From positions 109,802,001-109,866,000 of the forward strand of contig NC_043002.1 of assembly GCF_006345805.1 (NCBI RefSeq): 64,000 nucleotides of DNA, in the 5' to 3' direction. Shown piece after piece: positions 60,851 to 64,000 of this stretch. Under the pieces are notes generated by a model, which worked only from the letters and a program-made list of their open reading frames with translations, had not been told where the DNA came from and ran no database searches. Positions within the stretch are counted from its first letter, which is position 1. Every line of letters starts with the position of its first letter. Position numbers and translations under genes: made by a program. This DNA comes from Octopus sinensis (Eukaryota).

Positions 60851-61518
60851 TATCTGTTAAAATGAGATATCAGTACTATTTTCATTTTTGCTTAATTTAT
60901 ACGACAGTTTATTCACCGCACCACACACACACCACACACACACACACACATATTTAAATTGAGGTTATAATCATTAACATGATTATATCATGGCTAGCGT
61001 ATAAAAAACGAACCTATCAGTAAAATTAATTTTTAAGTACATAATTATACGCTAGCCACTGATATAAACAATTTAATGATTATATCCTCTATTTATAAGT
61101 ATAAACAAGTTTGAGTTCTCTAGTCATTAGATCATGTTGCGGGACTGTATTTATCCCGTATCATTTCTGACATTAACAATATGGCCGAGATGGGCGATTA
61201 GATGTAATATATACATGGAAAATGCATGTATGTTTTGGTATCTGTACGCAAAAATTTATCGGTATGTATATGTATTTTTCGCTTATGTATGGTTGGTTTA
61301 TCTCTACTGATGAGTGCAAAGTAATCTTTATAACAGAGCACGAAATCATAAGCTTTAGGATTATCCGAAATTTTAAAATCTTTTTGGTCATTTCCTCGCA
61401 TTCTGCCTTGAGTTATAGAGAACAAATTTAGAGTAGATTGTAGGTATTTGACATCTACTTCTAGCGTATAGGTGCTGGCATTCCATTGCCCTTAATCATA
61501 ATTATATATATATATATA

Positions 61519-63013
<1,495 letters not shown>

Positions 63014-63338
63014 TATGGGACGTAGGTAGGACGGTGAGTTTCGTTCCAATGAACGAAATCTTCAACCTTTGAATCATTTTGTAATTTTTGCCGATTCATA
63101 ATCCTTCCTACTCCAGGCGAAAGGGGCTGAAATTTCGGGGGAGGAGATAAATTGATTACATCAAACACAGTTCTCAACTTGTACTAATTTTTTCGATTCC
63201 GGATGAAAGGCAAAGTCGACCTCAACGGAATTTGAACTCAGAACATAAAGACGGACGAAATGCCGCGAAGCATTTCTGTCCGGCGTGCAAGCGATTTTGT
63301 GAGCTCGCCGTCTTCTTTCGCCAATATATAATGAAGTT

Positions 63339-63735
63339 AAGGCGGCGAGCTGGCAGAAACGTTAACACGCCGGGCGAAATGCGTAGCCGTATTTCGTCTG
63401 CCGTTACGTTCTGAGTTCAAATTCCGCCGTGATCGACTTTGCCTTTCATCCTTTCGGGGGTCTATTAAATAAGTACCAGTTGCGCACTGGGGTCGATGTA
63501 ATCGACTTAATCCCTTTGTCTGTCCTTGATTGTTACCTCTGTGTTTAGGCCCTTGTGCGTAGTAAAGAAATAGGTATTTCGTCTGTCTTAACGTTCTGAG
63601 TTCATATTCCGCCAAGGTCGACTTTGCCTTTCATCCTTTCGGGGTCGGTAAATTAAGTACCAGTTGCGTACTAGGGTCGATCTAATCGACTGGCCCCTCT
63701 TCCCAAAATACGGGCCTTGTGCCTTGAGTAGAAAT
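63339..63735 (+). mobile_element. SINE family C, dimer (adjacent inverted copy at ~63110-63320)
   Basis: Junction aaagaaata|ggtatttcgtc at 63572/63573. Confidence 0.85.
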
Positions 63736-64000
63736 GAATACATAATGAAGTTTTGAGTTCTTTCATATTTGCATCACCAAACCTATGTTTGTGTATGTTC
63801 GTGTTTGTGTGTGCATGTGTGTGGTTGTGTGTGTGTGGTTGTGTTTGTGTGTGCAACAATTATTTACATCTTCATTCTTCAAGAAGTGTTCATATTATTT
63901 ATAGGGAGAACTCACGAAAAAAGACGAAAGACGAAGTCAGGTGGTGTAGAAAACAAACAGATGTATTAGTATAACGCTCGGGAATTGGAAAAGTCTTTTA

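Noticed and set aside
61300-61355. Hammerhead-like CUGAUGA-GUGC...GCAC-GAAA
   Set aside because: Stem II pairs, but stems I and III cannot be formed around a valid NUH site; at most a degenerate relic.

Overview
Repeat-saturated eukaryotic genomic DNA. The SINE families, the microsatellite load and the LINE types suggest a coleoid cephalopod, most likely Octopus; this is inference, not proven. There is a 100-N scaffold gap at 40042-40141. The dominant structure is a ~12.4 kb inverted duplication (arms 15648-18502 and 19927-28058, spacer ~1.4 kb). Its right arm carries a full-length 5265-bp L1/Tx1-type LINE with a perfect 17-bp TSD, an intact 1129-aa EN-RT ORF2, and an ORF1 broken only by one extra A in a homopolymer. 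The left arm preserves the empty target site. The window also holds four abundant tRNA-derived SINE families, two non-autonomous Helitron-like families (including a head-to-tail dimer), MITEs/foldbacks, mariner and maT relics, and R4/Dong-like, CR1-like and Tx1-like LINE relics. Three minimal type I hammerhead ribozyme motifs have intact cores, and one sits in the tail of a composite tRNA-head/microsatellite/Penelope-like SINE. Up to five phase-compatible minus-strand exons (55128 to 46396) may be the 3' end of an unidentified host gene ending in a GPI-signal-like tail. Almost all short ORFs in the supplied track are microsatellite or SINE artefacts.
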